Source of the DNA: Lingula anatina
Lineage: Eukaryota > Animalia > Brachiopoda
Direction: 5' to 3'
NCBI GenBank assembly: GCA_051362555.1
Contig: CM120641.1
Coordinates: forward strand, 17,422,001-17,486,000
Length of the DNA stretch: 64,000 nucleotides
Both the position numbers and the translations under genes were made by a program. Of the stretch, positions 44,542-57,800 are shown in pieces; the first letter of the stretch is position 1; each line of letters starts with the position of its first letter. The notes under the pieces were generated by a model. The model was not told the origin of the DNA and did no database searches. It saw only the letters and a list, made by a program, of their open reading frames with translations.

Positions 44542-45351
44542 CTTGACAGAAAACAGCTTATTCTAGAACTAAAATGACAAAATAAGACATGTTAACATGA
44601 TGGTAAAATGCTTTTGGGTATTTCAACAATACAACGGCCAAAAATCTGTAAAATTACACAAAGTGGTCACGCTCTCACCAGATCAATCAAAGATGGCGTA
44701 CCGGCTTCTTCACCCAGAATGCTTTGTTTTTTTTTATATTGCTTCCTCGCATATCAAATACAAACATTTGCTTTTTGCTTCAACAACTAAATACACTTTA
44801 TGGTTTACATTTTCATGTGATTCATGACGCTCACACTCAATATCAAAAAGCGAGAAGAAACACGAGACTGTAATGATCAACTCCACGCAAGGACCTCGCT
44901 CTCAATAACCGTGCACATAGCGTACTATGGATGAAAACGAAATAGCATGTGGAATAAATGAGCTCGGGTCCGCTGTTATAAGTGAGAAACTATAGTAACA
45001 AGAAGCAAACAAACAAGACTTGATCAATCTGCAGACACAGCAGACTACATCTAATAAAAAGTGTAAGGGTCACTGGCAAAAATACAGATAAATAATAACA
45101 GTGACGCATTTTGCTCATAAATGAAAGTGAGTGATTATTGCGCCCCTAAAAACTACTACTGAAACTTTGCGGTTACAAATAAGCTCGCAGATGTGCATTG
45201 TACTGGGAATGTCCTCAAAGAGATATACACCCAATCGTGCCCGATTCAGTTACTTAGAATAGAAACAATATGAAAAATTTGTATATCAGTTATAAATATG
45301 ATGCGGAGTGATTGTTATATTTTGGACTACTTTCACGATCGTGCTCACAGC
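44542..45351. promoter_or_regulatory. Putative bidirectional promoter and 5'UTRs of U2AF2 (-) and RING1 (+)
   Basis: ~810 bp between divergent ATGs, CpG-retaining, with a YY1-like AAGATGGCG at ~44689. Confidence 0.55.
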
Positions 45352-48300
45352 ATGGCCACGGAAGCAGCACCCCCGTCTAACAAAACATGGGAGCTCAGTT
45401 TGTACGAACTGCAAAGGACGCCGCAAGAAGCGATAACTGATAATACTGAGATTGCAGTATCTCCAAGAAGTCTGCACAGTGAGTTAATGTGCCCAATATG
45501 TCTAGATATGTTAAAAAATACTATGACCACAAAGGAATGTCTGCACCGATTCTGTCAAGAATGCATAATAACAGCTCTTCGCAGCGGCAACAAAGAGTGT
45601 CCGACATGCAGGAAGAAGCTGGTTTCAAAAAGGTCTTTGAGACATGATCCAAATTTTGATGCTTTAATATCCAAAATCTACCCCAGTAGGGATGAATATG
45701 AAGCGCACCAGGAACGTGTGCTTGCCAAACTGAATAAACACCACAACCCCGCAGCTCTAACAACCAGCATCGAGGAGGGACTGCGGCTCCAAGCCATGAA
45801 CAGAGCGCAACGGGTGAGAAAACAGGTGAACGAGGACCCCAGGGTTGAGGGATCAACGTCTGGGGAGATCCAACCCCGAAAACGTGTTGCCAGAGAACAT
45901 TCCCATGACTCTAACCCGGATAATGTGTCGGTGGAGGATGAAGGAGGAGCAGGGTCCACTACTGGTTCAGAGACAGGTAAGATGACAAGGGCAGTACACA
46001 TGGCAGAGAAGTGCTGTTGTGAAAGTGTTATTGAATTGCAGGATATTGTTTGTTCCAGAAACCAGCATTGGACCGTGTCCAGTGTTAGATTTGTGGAGAG
46101 TTTTGTAATTTTGCCCTCTTTTCACTATCAAGTTGTCTGTTGCATTTGCCTTTCATTTCAGTGTTTTGGATGTGATCAGTTACAATTTTCACTTGAAAAT
46201 GGGGAGTGAGATAAAAGTTCTGTTTCATTTTGATGGGTCATCCCTCCTGGGTTTAGAAAGTTATAAATCCATCGATAAAGTAGTAATGAATTAATGCATT
46301 CACTGATATTTCATTGATGACGAGACATCAAATATACTGAAGTTATCTGATTATAAATATTTTATTCATTCATTAGGCAATTTTGAATTGTTTTCCAGGA
46401 ACAGTTGAGCTTGTAGCCCTTCCCGTCAGTGAAATTGAGCTGGTCTTCAAGCCACATCCTATGGATGAAATAGAGGACATAGCTGCGTACACTAGATATA
46501 TTAAAACAACAGCAAATGCATCTGGTAAATATGTGGTCTTATATCCCCCCCCCCCCCCCCCAAAGAAAAAAAAAAGGAATTAATAAATAAATAAAAATAA
46601 AAAAGTACAAATATATATTTAATAATAATAATGATGATGTTGTGTATGTTTTCTGCATAAAATATACCATTATCCAAGAAGATATTCAACTCATAAGTTC
46701 ATCTGGCCAGGTTAATTTTGTTTCATGATATTACTCTTGAATACATACAGTTTGTGTTTTTTGTTTCAGTTGATCACTTGGCCAAATATTTGTACATGAG
46801 ACTTGCCCTGGAAAGACAGGCAAGAGAACCAGGTAAGATGAATTTGGTGTTTTGCCCAAATGTATTCTGTGATGTGTGTTATTTGATCAGGGGTTGAAAT
46901 GTTGCTTTCCCGCTTTCCCGTGGGAAAGCTATTGCGAGCTCGGGAAATCTATGTCAAATCTTACTTTCCCGTCCGGTAAATCAATGGAAATGCCCGGGAA
47001 ATGCAAAAACCTCTCGGGGAAACCGCACTTAGAAGTCGCTTTCCCGAAGAACTGTTCCCTATAATGAAATTTATTTCCTGGCACCAAGCCGTCAATTATT
47101 TAACCATTTTCCACAACGCAAGTAAGCTCGACGTAAGTACTCACTCTGAAACTAAGGACGCACGCACATGACAAGCTAGAATTTGTTACGGGGCCTCCTT
47201 TTGAATTTCAAGAGAGTTGTCAATCAAAATCGTCTCTAGGCATCTACAGTGGTATATCTGACTCGTTCCCTATCCCTTTTACACAATGTTGAACATAGAA
47301 AGGATCAAGGCTGCGCAGCTATCAGGTATAACATAGAGAACCTATACGCAACTCACGGAAACAAATTAATGTGCGGGAACAAAGTTAACACAGCGTCCAA
47401 ATAACAGGCACCGGACAGCGTAGTACGGAGAACGAATATCAGTCAGCCATTTTCTGCACGATCAGCTGATGCAAGATTCAGGTTGCGCGCATAAGTCGGG
47501 CTCAAGTCTAATGGAGGTTGAAGGTCAGAAAATGAAGTTCCTCAAGTGGAAAATCAATGACGAAAGCAAGGGAAAACCAAGCAAACTCGTTAAACAAGAC
47601 ACATGTATACTTCAAGACACAATAAGAAATGAGGGTGAAGCAGGTGCACATGGCGACGATACAGGTACGTCGTAAATAATAATAATAATGTCTAACAAGT
47701 TTCATATCTAATGAACTGTAAATTTAATGATAAACAAGACGTCTTTACTTTTCTGTTACGTAGTATTCATAAAAATTGCCCTACCTCGTTCTCTTTGCTG
47801 ATGACATGATGTATTGAAAAACAAATGGACCTTTTCACCGACTGAGTTTTTCTTACCCTCGAATTTTCGGCTCTTCTCAAGAGCTCCACCTGGACTTATT
47901 TAATTTATTTGAGAAGTGATTGATTTGTTTTTCATTGAACTCCTACCAAACTGAAGACCTTTTTTAAGATGTCATGGGTTATTCTAGCCTTTATAATTGA
48001 GGACCTTAGAGTACCTTTATTCCCTTTAATTTTGAAAATGGAGTGTTTGTAACATAAAAATTTCACTGCACTTCTTCAACTTACCCTTTTCTAATTGGTG
48101 TGAAATTGCCAACTATTAAGAAAATGCCCCAAGTTTCAAATGAAATTACTCATTGTGCACACTAGGAGCAAGTCCATTGTTTATTGGTTTGACCATGATT
48201 ACATGATAATTGACATGTCCGTAGTCTGCCTTCAGTTCATAGTAAAGTATTCACATTACCATTCTAGTGTACAATGTCCACTTATTTCTCTGTAACTGTA

Positions 48301-51300
48301 TATAATTGCAATAAAATCTTAATCAATCAATTACCATTAATACTTACTTTTTAGCTGCCAAAGATGGACCCATGGAGAATATAGACAGTGACGAGTATGG
48401 AGATGAGACAATTGAAAGGCTTTCAGAACATTTCAGGACACTGGATAATGCTGGATTTAAAACAAGCATGTGCCAGGCTGAATGGCCTCATTAAAAAAAA
48501 TCCATGCTGGAACTCCATGAAAAGGGCCAGGACACAGTTGCCTTTTTAAGTAGAATGCTGACTGTACTTAAAGACATTTACCCTAATATTTGTGCTCTCT
48601 TGGCCATTGTGATGGTCCTTTCAGTCAGCACTACAGATGCAGCATATGTATTTGATACTAAGATTTCAGTCACATTAAAGGGATAATAACTCTTCGTATG
48701 AGATCTATATTTCACAATAAACACATTGTGAATAACTCATAGAAATATAATATATTCTGTTTTACCACAAAAACAGCAGTTATAGCTTTTATTCTGATAT
48801 TTGAACTTGTCTTTAGACCACGTGACCTCCATTGATGTCTATACTCTGTTAAAATCTCTTAAGAGATTTTAACAAAAAACCAAACTTTTTAGAAAAAAAC
48901 CAGGGACTAACTTTGAATGTAAAAATGGATTCATTAACCATTGGTAAGTATGGGAAAATTGTTGTTTACTCCAGGAAAATTCATTTTTTGGCCGAAACGA
49001 AGAGTTATTATTGCTTTAATGTTAACAAATATACCTAGATGTTATAAAAAAACACTATATTCGGATGCCATGTTAGTTTATTTCATATCAATAAACATTC
49101 ATTTCTCAAATATATGTTCTTACCTTTATAATTCATCATCATATTAAAATAATCTAATTTAATATCAGGGAAATCGGTTTTCATGATTTTGTTGTCAGGG
49201 AAAGCTACTTTCTTGCAGGGAAAGTAATGTACAAAATCACTTTCCTGGCAGGGAAAGTATGATTTTCTAAACATTTCGACCCCTGTTGATGAGTACCAGT
49301 TTAATTTATTGTGCTTTTTGTGTGTGTTTGTGGTGTGCATGTGTTATTAGTACCACCAGCGTGTACGCTGGCGGTACTCATGGTTTTAGTCCTGACCCGT
49401 CTCGTCCGGCTCCGCCGGCTCCGTTGGCTCCGCCGGCTCCGTAAGCTCCGCCGGCTCCGCGTACTGGCGCCGGATACAAGTCACCGTTACCGCTTCTCCT
49501 CCTAGACCGCAAGGACCCCTGTCCCCATCTCTTGGATCAAGGTCACATATAACCTCAACTTGAACCCCCAGATTTTTTTGTCTCAGTCGGTACATTAACC
49601 TGGGCGTGACGCTTGTTGAAATGCACCCTTGTCAAAATTTTTGAAAATTCAATGCCAATTATCTACCCTACGGAAGGAATTATGGGAAAAATTTCTACAG
49701 ACGGCTTTCCAAAAGTCATATGTGTAGATTTCAAATATGCCCTTGGATTTGACCTTTGACCTCTATTTCAAGGTCAAACAGGCCAAAATTTTCAAAAAAA
49801 TGAAATTTTTTACAAAAAAAATATTATTTGCGCTGTTATTCAGACACTACACAGACTTAACCAATAATATTATTGGAAAGTGTTACCCTTTGGGTCATCT
49901 TTTATCTCCGTGAATTTGGGGTCAATCGGTGCATTTTCACGGGAGAAGCGGCCATAAGATACCGAAACTGAAAACTGTCTCTAATTCGGGAACCGTTAAT
50001 GCTAGCGACCTGTTCTTTTTTGCATTTTGTAGAGCATGTAAAGCCCAACATCGCATATGGTCTCCGTTTTTTTGTATTTCATACGGTTTTCGTGTTATGC
50101 TGTATTAAAAAGTACATTGTGGTGGCACATTATTGTAACTCAGAATTGTAACATTATATCTCCAAAACTGGCAGAGATAGGTCAATAGTTACTATTAAAG
50201 TTGAATAGGAAGTCACTTACTGGCAATTAAACAGTGACCATAAAATTGACCTTTGACCTACTTTTCACCATGAATTGAACTTTGCAAATTTTCGTTCCCT
50301 TTTATCTCCATAACTGGCAGAGATAGGTTCATAGTTACAATTGAACTTGAATAGGAAGTCATATACTGGCAATTTACTGTGACCTTAAATTTGACCTTTG
50401 ACCTACTTTTTACCATGAACTGAACTTTGCAAATTTTTGTTCCCTTTTATCTCCAAAACTGGCAGAGATAGGTCCATAGTTACTATTGAACTTAAGTAGT
50501 AAGTCATATACTGGCAATTTACTGTGACCTTAAAATTGACCTTTGACCATCTTTTTACTATGAACTGAACTTTGCAAATTTTCTTTCTCCTTTATCTCTA
50601 AAACTGACAGAGATAGGTCCATAGTTACTATTGAACTTGAATAGGAAGTAATGAACTAGCAATCTGTGACCTTGAAATTGACCTTTGACCTACTTTTTAT
50701 GATGAACTGCTTTTTGCATGTTTTCAGGCCTTTAAATCTGCAAAATTGGCAAAGAAATGCCCATGGTTGCTATTGAACTTGAATAGAAATTCATAAACTA
50801 TGATATTGAAATTGACCTTTGACCTACTTTTTCACCATGAACTGAGCTTTGCATATTTTCTTGCCTCTCATATCTTTAAAACTAGCAGAGATGTGCCCCT
50901 TGTTGCCCATAGGTTTTCTCTTTTGTCAGCATATATCACCCTGAGCTTCAGAGATAACTTGACACTAACCTCTTCACTATAGCCTATCTTCATCGTGTCA
51001 AGTTACCTCTGACCACATTCGATTGCCTCCGCCGCCCGCCAATCAAATTTAAAGCCCGCACTCAATGACTCATTGAACGATCTAGCCAATGAACGCGAAC
51101 GAGTCAAAGCGCGCTTTGTTCAAATCTGGACCAATCAAAGATAAGGCTGAATATCAGGGACTTGCCGTAACCTGTGGGAAGCATGCAAAATACATCATCC
51201 CTCAGTAGATAATTATGCAGGGCATCAAACTGCTCTGGTTTCAATTCCGATATACTCCATGATTTCTTTGTGTACGGTTATGCACTCGGAACTACTCGGA

Positions 51301-52270
51301 TGTCTCCGCACTCGACAATAACTATGTTGTTAGTATGGAGCTTGCGGAATCAGCCGAGGATTGCCGATTGACGGTCAACCAATCAGCGTTTTCACCAAAC
51401 TTTGGTGAAAAATTTTGAAACATGGATTCGATTGGCTTATATAAACTAGGTCAAACTATTTTCGTCAGAGGTAACTTGACGCGATGAAGATAGGCTATAG
51501 TAAAGAGGTTAGTGTCAAGTTATCTCTGAAGCTCAGGGTGGCATATATGCACCATTAACAACACTTTTCAAGGAAAACCAATAGGCCTTTCGTCTAGAGA
51601 ATTCAGGAGTGATCAAGGGTAGGAAAATGCAAGTCAATTCGAAAATCTGCTTGATTGTACCATTTTTAGTTATATTTTTTTGCATATTTTGAGAACTCTT
51701 ATTGATTGCATCTTATAGAGCTTGTCAAGCACAAGACTGGTGATGGTGTCCCTTTTTGGAAGGGGGGGGGGGTCCATACGAATGCGCTTACTCCAGCTGG
51801 TGGTACAATATCCGGAGGCGGTATCGCCTCTCTGATCCTCTAGTGATATTTGTTATTTTGATGTTCTTTTGAACACCAGTAACATTTTTAGTGCCTCTTT
51901 GTGCATATGTGTGTGAATGTTATCATATATTTGAAATAATTGTACATATTTTACCCATTTTAAAATTTATGTGGTGTATTCATACCTTTGGAAATGAAAT
52001 GCAATCAAATTATATTTGACCAATTCAGGTACTTCCACAGAGGATTCTGGGGATAAAAACTACACGATATACATCTCCCCTACTCCTGGCTCCCACGTCC
52101 TCCTCTCTGGAGCCCTGACCTTGGAGCAAGTCAATGAAAAATACTGGAAAGTGAACAAGCCATTAGAAATGTTTTATTCATCAAAAAAGCCTCTTCAGAA
52201 TACCCCCAGTACAGGATCTCCCAATGAAAAAAGACCCAAGGAAAAAGAGAAGGATATGGAAGAAGTGTAG
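45352..52270 (+). CDS. RNF2: E3 ubiquitin-protein ligase RING1/RING2 (Polycomb PRC1, Sce orthologue), 4 coding exons, ~351 aa
   Basis: Exons 45352-45976, 46399-46524, 46770-46832, 52029-52270 (1056 nt, in frame). [17 protein letters not shown]3HC4 [12 protein letters not shown]...CLHRFC..C...[20 protein letters not shown] / [18 protein letters not shown] / [21 protein letters not shown]. Confidence 0.96.
46888..49285 (+). mobile_element. Internally deleted hAT transposon with 5-bp TSD (hAT5-like) and transposase remnants
   Basis: TIR CAGGGGT(T/C)GAAATG and TSD TTGAT/TTGAT. Subterminal TTTCCC/GGGAAA repeats. Remnant peptides [14 protein letters not shown] (~48390) and [19 protein letters not shown] (~48580) resemble the hAT C-terminal dimerisation region. 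Confidence 0.8.
48679..49015 (+). mobile_element. Kolobok-type MITE family C, copy 3, nested in the hAT element
   Basis: TTAA flanks, 337 bp, near-identical to 36926-37262. Confidence 0.88.
50157..50905. repeat. Tandem array of ~145-bp units (about 5 copies) inside the Helentron
   Basis: Unit starts (TATCTCCAAAACTGGCAGAGATAGG-like) at ~50157, 50303, 50448, 50593, 50735, 50871. Confidence 0.9.
50937..51540. mobile_element. 604-bp MITE with ~78-bp TIRs and 8-bp TSD, nested in the Helentron
   Basis: CACCCTGAGCTTCAGAGATAACTTGAC... and its reverse complement at the right end, with TSD GCATATAT on both sides. Confidence 0.88.
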
Positions 52271-53033
52271 TGAAAATGATAGATTTAGATCCTTATTTCA
52301 TACGTGAAGTCAAAAGAGCATCTTGATTACACTGTAACACAGGTTGTTGTGAACATGGTTTTGTTCCATGTTATATCACAGTGAAATGTAACAAAACTCA
52401 TGTGACTACTGTGATTCATTTATTTGATGCAATATGAAATATACATCATGTAAATGAATGACATTGGTAATTTTCTTGTATGCCAGCTTTTTGCTCATTT
52501 TCATCATCATTGTAGGAGAGATAACTTGCCTTTGTCAATGTTTTCTTAAAAAGAAAAAGGTTTGCAAATTTTTGTCAGCAACACTAGTTTACAAAAACAG
52601 TTTAACGACAAGTGAGACTATATAGACTCACAAACTACCATTGCTTTGGTATTTAACAGTGGGAATAGATAATTGAGATGCCTGGAATATGGGAATCGAT
52701 TGTGCCAGATGAGAATAACATTTAATTGTGTTAGATGTGTTTTCACCCTATAGATTCCGGAGGTCCCAGCGCTATGTACAACTGTAAACACAAACACATT
52801 TACTCTGAACTTTTTCAAGTGTCTTTCTGTGGTAATTGCATACATCTTACGTATTAACTGTTAATTCATGTAGCAAGTAGGAAAATAATGTAAATACCAA
52901 ATAGACCGTTTAGTGTTCATAACTTCACATTAGTCTTGTTGCTGTTGTAAATATATTGTAATGTCTGTCTTCATCGACATTGTAGTGCACATGAACAAAA
53001 CAAGAAGACTGGTGCATGATATAAAAGTATTCA

Positions 53034-53043
53034 AATAAATAAA
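53034..53043 (+). terminator. Candidate polyadenylation signal of RING1 (overlapping AATAAA x2)
   Basis: AATAAATAAA ~770 nt after the stop codon, followed by T-rich sequence. Confidence 0.45.
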
Positions 53044-54012
53044 GGTAATATAACTTCCTTAACATTTTGGTTTCTTAAGGGTTTGAGAATTTTCTTAATT
53101 CTTGTTACAACTCTTTTTCAGTAGCAATTTCCCTACTTGCCGGGTCTGATCGCATACCGCAAATCTCAGAAGAGTTAACTATGTAATGTGCCCTTCTACG
53201 GAACTAAGGAATCCAGTGTCTTACTTGACGCATTTCTTCAGCCCTTCCCGCCTCCTTTGCTTAACTATTGATGGAAAAGCTCATCAGTTGTCGATAGGTT
53301 TAACAACGACCATCGCGCAATGTCAGTGATGTTTTCCAACATCCGTTCACACAATTCCCGCGGAATTTACCCTGAGGTTCAGATTCGATGCGTACCAGCT
53401 ACTTCATTTTGAAACCTCCATGTGTTTAGTCATCGGGTTCTGACCATCAGCGACTCGTTCAAATTATCAGACAACACCCTCTCTTTCGTCCCCGCTGTAT
53501 TATGCTCTCTTCATGATTTGTATGAATTCATGCTGGAAAACTGCCATCGACAGTTACGATATATGCAGTGCTAAACCCACTAACAGCTGATGTTACTAAT
53601 TATGTATCAAGTCGTTTCAATTAATATCTACAATTCCCATGGCTGAAAGCTTTATTGACCGACTGACCCCTTGGTCACTTTTGGATCATCTGAGGTTGCC
53701 AAAATGAGGATTAACCCTTTTCATCTTTACACTTGTTAACTTGTTAAATTGATGAAATATTCCAACAGAATGTTGCATCTGCAAGTTCAAACTTAGACAA
53801 AAACGTCATTCATCCAGCTCATAAGTGTTTTAATTTCTTGTTCTACCCGTTGAAGTATATATATATTTTTGGTGCTCGTTTGTAAGTTTGGAAAAATTAA
53901 CTGCAATTTATAGGAAAATGCATACGTCATGTTCTAGGATACATCGACGAGAGAGGAGTAGCAGACTCAACGACAAAGACAATGCTGTGCCATTACGAAT
54001 TTAATCACAGGG

Positions 54013-54871
54013 TTAGTATCTTGGGTAGCTGCCACGAACCCGGATGATGCCATCTATTCTTCGAGGTCCACACCTCGACAAGAGCCTGTCTCAGCTCATC
54101 CAGAGTAGCCGACTGGACCTCTGCTCTTCACAGCGCGGTCTTGAGCATCCCAGTTGTGGTCTATTGTATTGGTATTCTGGCCAAGAGAAAAAGCAGACCG
54201 TACTACTTATTCAAATTCCTGGTCTTTAAAATTGTTGTGTTTTCCAAGCACTATGAGGTAGAGCATTGTCATGTCGAAACAGAAAGTTACGACCAAAACG
54301 GACTTTAATAGCATATGGCACCATTTTTGTCGCAAGAATTTGCATATGCACATTGGCAGCTACACTTTTTATGATTATCACCAAATTGGTTCGACCTCCA
54401 TAAGGAATGGCATCCCACAGTTGGACAGTTCCCACTTCAAAGTCTTAAGCTAATCTCTACTGAACTTGACATGAAACATTGAGTCTGCCAACAACACCAC
54501 GGAAAAGAAATCTTGCTTTATTTGAAAACTAGGCATGCTTCCAGTGACGCATTTAGTGGCAGTGAAGTTGTCGGGCCCATTCCTAGCGACGGTTCTTCCT
54601 CTAATAGGTCAAAAAGTTTTTAGTACTCTTTGGTCCAGGCCAGGGATCTGAAATCTGCTCTTGACTGATCCTCTGGAAACTAGGGCTTTAGAGCGTTTTT
54701 GCTTCTGTCCTTCAGAAAAGATACTGGCAATATTCTCTTTTGGTAAGGTAATAGGCCTACCAGGCTGTAATTTTACGATTCCAACGCGATATCCTTTTGT
54801 TTGCGCCCAAAACTCCACATCCACAAAATTAACTAAGTTCTCCCTTGGGTTTTAAGGCGAGATATTGTCAT
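54013..54871 (-). pseudogene. Decayed Tc1/mariner transposase
   Basis: Minus-strand translation with stops and frameshifts: LTY*RKNRR*EWARQLHCH*MRHWKHA*FSNKARF..GR (Tc1 consensus LT..H...RL.WA....W..V.FSDES.F), NFLFRHDNALPHSA (F.QDNA.PH.A), NTIDHNWD (NPIE..W), ending ..PRY*. Confidence 0.8.
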
Positions 54872-57800
54872 TGTCACCCTTTAAATATGCTGAACAAAAT
54901 TGACTTGCAATGGCATAAATGTAGATGTGACCTGTCAATCTGTTATACAGGTTACACAATTCCAATCAACTATTTTGCATTACTCAAAGAATTGGCAAGT
55001 TTCGTAGCTTGAATATTGTTTATTGATCAATGCTAAAATAAAAACTAGAGTGTAAAATAGTGATGTTTAAAAAGTCATTTGAGTACTGCAGATGTAGAAC
55101 TGTTTTTAGACATCCATATGGAACATTTATCAAAATGTTTAAGATCTTGTGCAAAATAGTGCTTTTTCATTACTAGGGATTTATCTTGGCAGGGAGCTGG
55201 CGTATATGAGTGTCATGAACTAATTAGATATCATTCAATAGGTACACTGATCGCAGAGAGAAAAATATTTTTTCAAAGGACTCTATAAAATCTCCTATTT
55301 TTATGCATGTAAATACCTATTAGAATTTTTTGGTCTTGTTTAAAGAAAACATTTTTGGTCACACGCACTGGCTCAACTCCGTGTTCTCGCAGCCAAAGTA
55401 TTGATCAGAAAAAGAAAACTGAAATTCACGCTACTCTAATTAACACATCCTAATCTTCTTTTACTAATCTGCGTCATAATTAGCGCTGGTTGTACTAATT
55501 AACGTAATACACAGAGGTATATGTAACTTGTGTTTCACAAAAATTGGGCGAGAATTTTTTTATTTATGCAAAGAATTGCTAGTTTCTCACTCCCTACTCT
55601 CTTCGGTAAATTTCTCTTAGTTTTCAGTTGGTCTGTTGCACGAATGTGGCATTCTGATGCTATATTGAACAGCAGGGGTCGATTTCTTAGAGTTAAAAGA
55701 ATGTCATTCATTGATGGGATAATTTTTAGAGAAACCTGTTTGATTGAAAAAGAAATGACAATGATGGAATGAATGTTTTACGAGGTTAACTGTGATATCA
55801 TAGGATAGTGTGCCTGGACCGTTATGATATTAAACCTTGTAATATCAACATTTACAAGAAAAGGCAAATATGGACAGAGAAACCAATATAAAACCTAATC
55901 AGGAAAAGAACAAGGAGGTTGGATTTATATTACCAGGATGCAAACATATATACATGTATATATATATATATATATTGATGATACACCGGTTGTCAAATGA
56001 AAAAACGTACCACAATAAATGCTGTTTCTGTCTGTTTCTCAAGTAAATCCCGTAAGGCCACCCGTAGTCTAAAAACCGAAGAAAAATAATGGTTCACGTG
56101 TTAATTTGTGTGAAACATGTAGTCGCATACGTAGCTGATATACCAGTTAATAATTCTGCTGCATGAAAGAAATGGAAATTGTACAGAAATCTGGATATAC
56201 CCGTCTGTGGTTAAAATCGATTGTATTAGGCTTTGCTAATAAAACCCATTACCACTTTATATTGCACAGAGTCGAAAACTATCATTAATTGTGTTTGTAA
56301 CCTATCTAACATATTTATGGCTGTTCATTTCCCGAAATTTGTCATTTAATGCCCAGTTTTACGGTTGGATTTCAGGAACGTGCATAATACTGCATCATTT
56401 GATTTGTGCGGCCCACGTCATAGCTTTGTAAAACCACATCCCTGATATCCTTCTCTCCTTTGTCGCTTGTTCCCCGGTCGAAGTGCATCACCTTCGCTCA
56501 GATTTTAAAAAGAGGTGGACCAAATGCAAGGTAGAGTACAAGGAAATTGTATTTTAAAAGGGCAGAATTATCTGAATGACAAAGCTTTTATGCCCATTTC
56601 CTTCATATCAAAAAGTTTCACAGCGATTTCCTCAAATATAGAGGCTAAAAAGCGCACACCATGAGAACAAAAGCAGAGCAAAATGGCATTTCCCTTCGTT
56701 TTTTCTTTCGTTATTGATCCATATTGGGATTAAGTTTGGAGGTTAGGCTGCCGACTTTATCCTTTTTTATTGTTTCATTTTCATGCAACTGTTGCCTGAC
56801 CTTTTGGGATAGACGAAACATAACAACGGGGGAAGATGATATTTATTGTAATGTTGAATATTTAAGCAAAACCTACAGCAAACACGTCCCTTACAATTAC
56901 CAGCTAGTTAACAGTGGATGGTACGCTCTGTCAACTTCAATGAACATAAATTCGATCTTTTCCTTCATAAAACAACATTAAGACATCTGTAGCGTCTTGT
57001 GAACTAATTACCCATTCTATGTACAGTATATCGACCAACGTGCAAGTTATCCCTAATTTGGAGATAGAAACAAGGAGCAGGGGAACTCAAGGGACTGATT
57101 GATATCGGAGACTAATGATGATATCTTTGTTGTAAATAAACGCGATAACCGGTTAAATATATTCTTAACAACTGTTGGTTTGAAAGATGGATTCTATCTA
57201 TTGGCGCACGGTGAACTGATTATTGTTCGTTGAATTGTTTTCTTTAAAAATGTCATTTGGAACCAGTGGGGACCTTAGTAGTTGTTACAGCTTTCTAATC
57301 ACAGTGGCTATAAGGGAAATTGTATTACATGTATGAGAATAGGTAGTAAGTAAAAAAGTCAAATAAAACGCCTTCCATGACATTTGAATTTGTGAAACAT
57401 TGTTATAAAAGGCTATAATTCAGAAGTATTTTGGCTCACAGAAGAGACCGATGCACATTGTCTATTGTCAAATATTCTGTTTAGAGTCGACCCAGACAGT
57501 GCACTGGCACCTGGCTTCTTGACATGCTCGGAAGAAGCAGATATCCGTTCAGCATTTAAATTTTAGCTGTCAGCAATTATAAGGGAAAACTGTTCTCAGT
57601 TTCAAAAAAAGTTTTAGCCTGTGTATTGATGAGTTGACTGCGCATACCTGTCCAGTGATGCAGATGGTTTATTCTAGTATATAATGAAGCTCAAGATTGA
57701 TGGCCACAACCAGTCTTATTTTGATAGTCGTGAAAGCGATAATGCGTTTTTCTCATTTTCTAGACAGGTAAAATTGAAACCAAAGTATCTCGATGATATG

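Larger units (their letters stand above)
49344..51844 (+). mobile_element. Non-autonomous Helentron (HINE/DINE-1-like) with internal tandem array
   Basis: 5' TTATTA, subTIR GTACCACCAGC (49350) with a nearby partial inverted copy GCTGGCGGTAC (49367), (CCGGCTCCG)n microsatellite, GACCTTTGACCT-containing tandem repeats, 3' subTIR GCTGGTGGTAC (51796), hairpin GAGGCGGTATCGCCTC, terminal CTAGT. Confidence 0.8.

Noticed and set aside
45345-46001. Minus-strand ORFs overlapping RING1 exon 1
   Set aside because: Antisense shadows of a real coding exon with no independent evidence.
45298-46209. 303-aa ORF taken as the full RING1 protein
   Set aside because: Homology starts at Met 45352 and ends at the G|gtaaga donor (45976). 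The remainder is intron read-through, and the RAWUL domain is in downstream exons.
49311-49595. ORFs with LRRLR / EPAEP repeats
   Set aside because: Translations of the (CCGGCTCCG)n microsatellite in the Helentron.
50157-50905. Regularly spaced repeats as a possible CRISPR array
   Set aside because: Whole ~145-bp units repeat with no unique spacers, the context is eukaryotic, there are no cas genes, and the array lies inside a Helentron.
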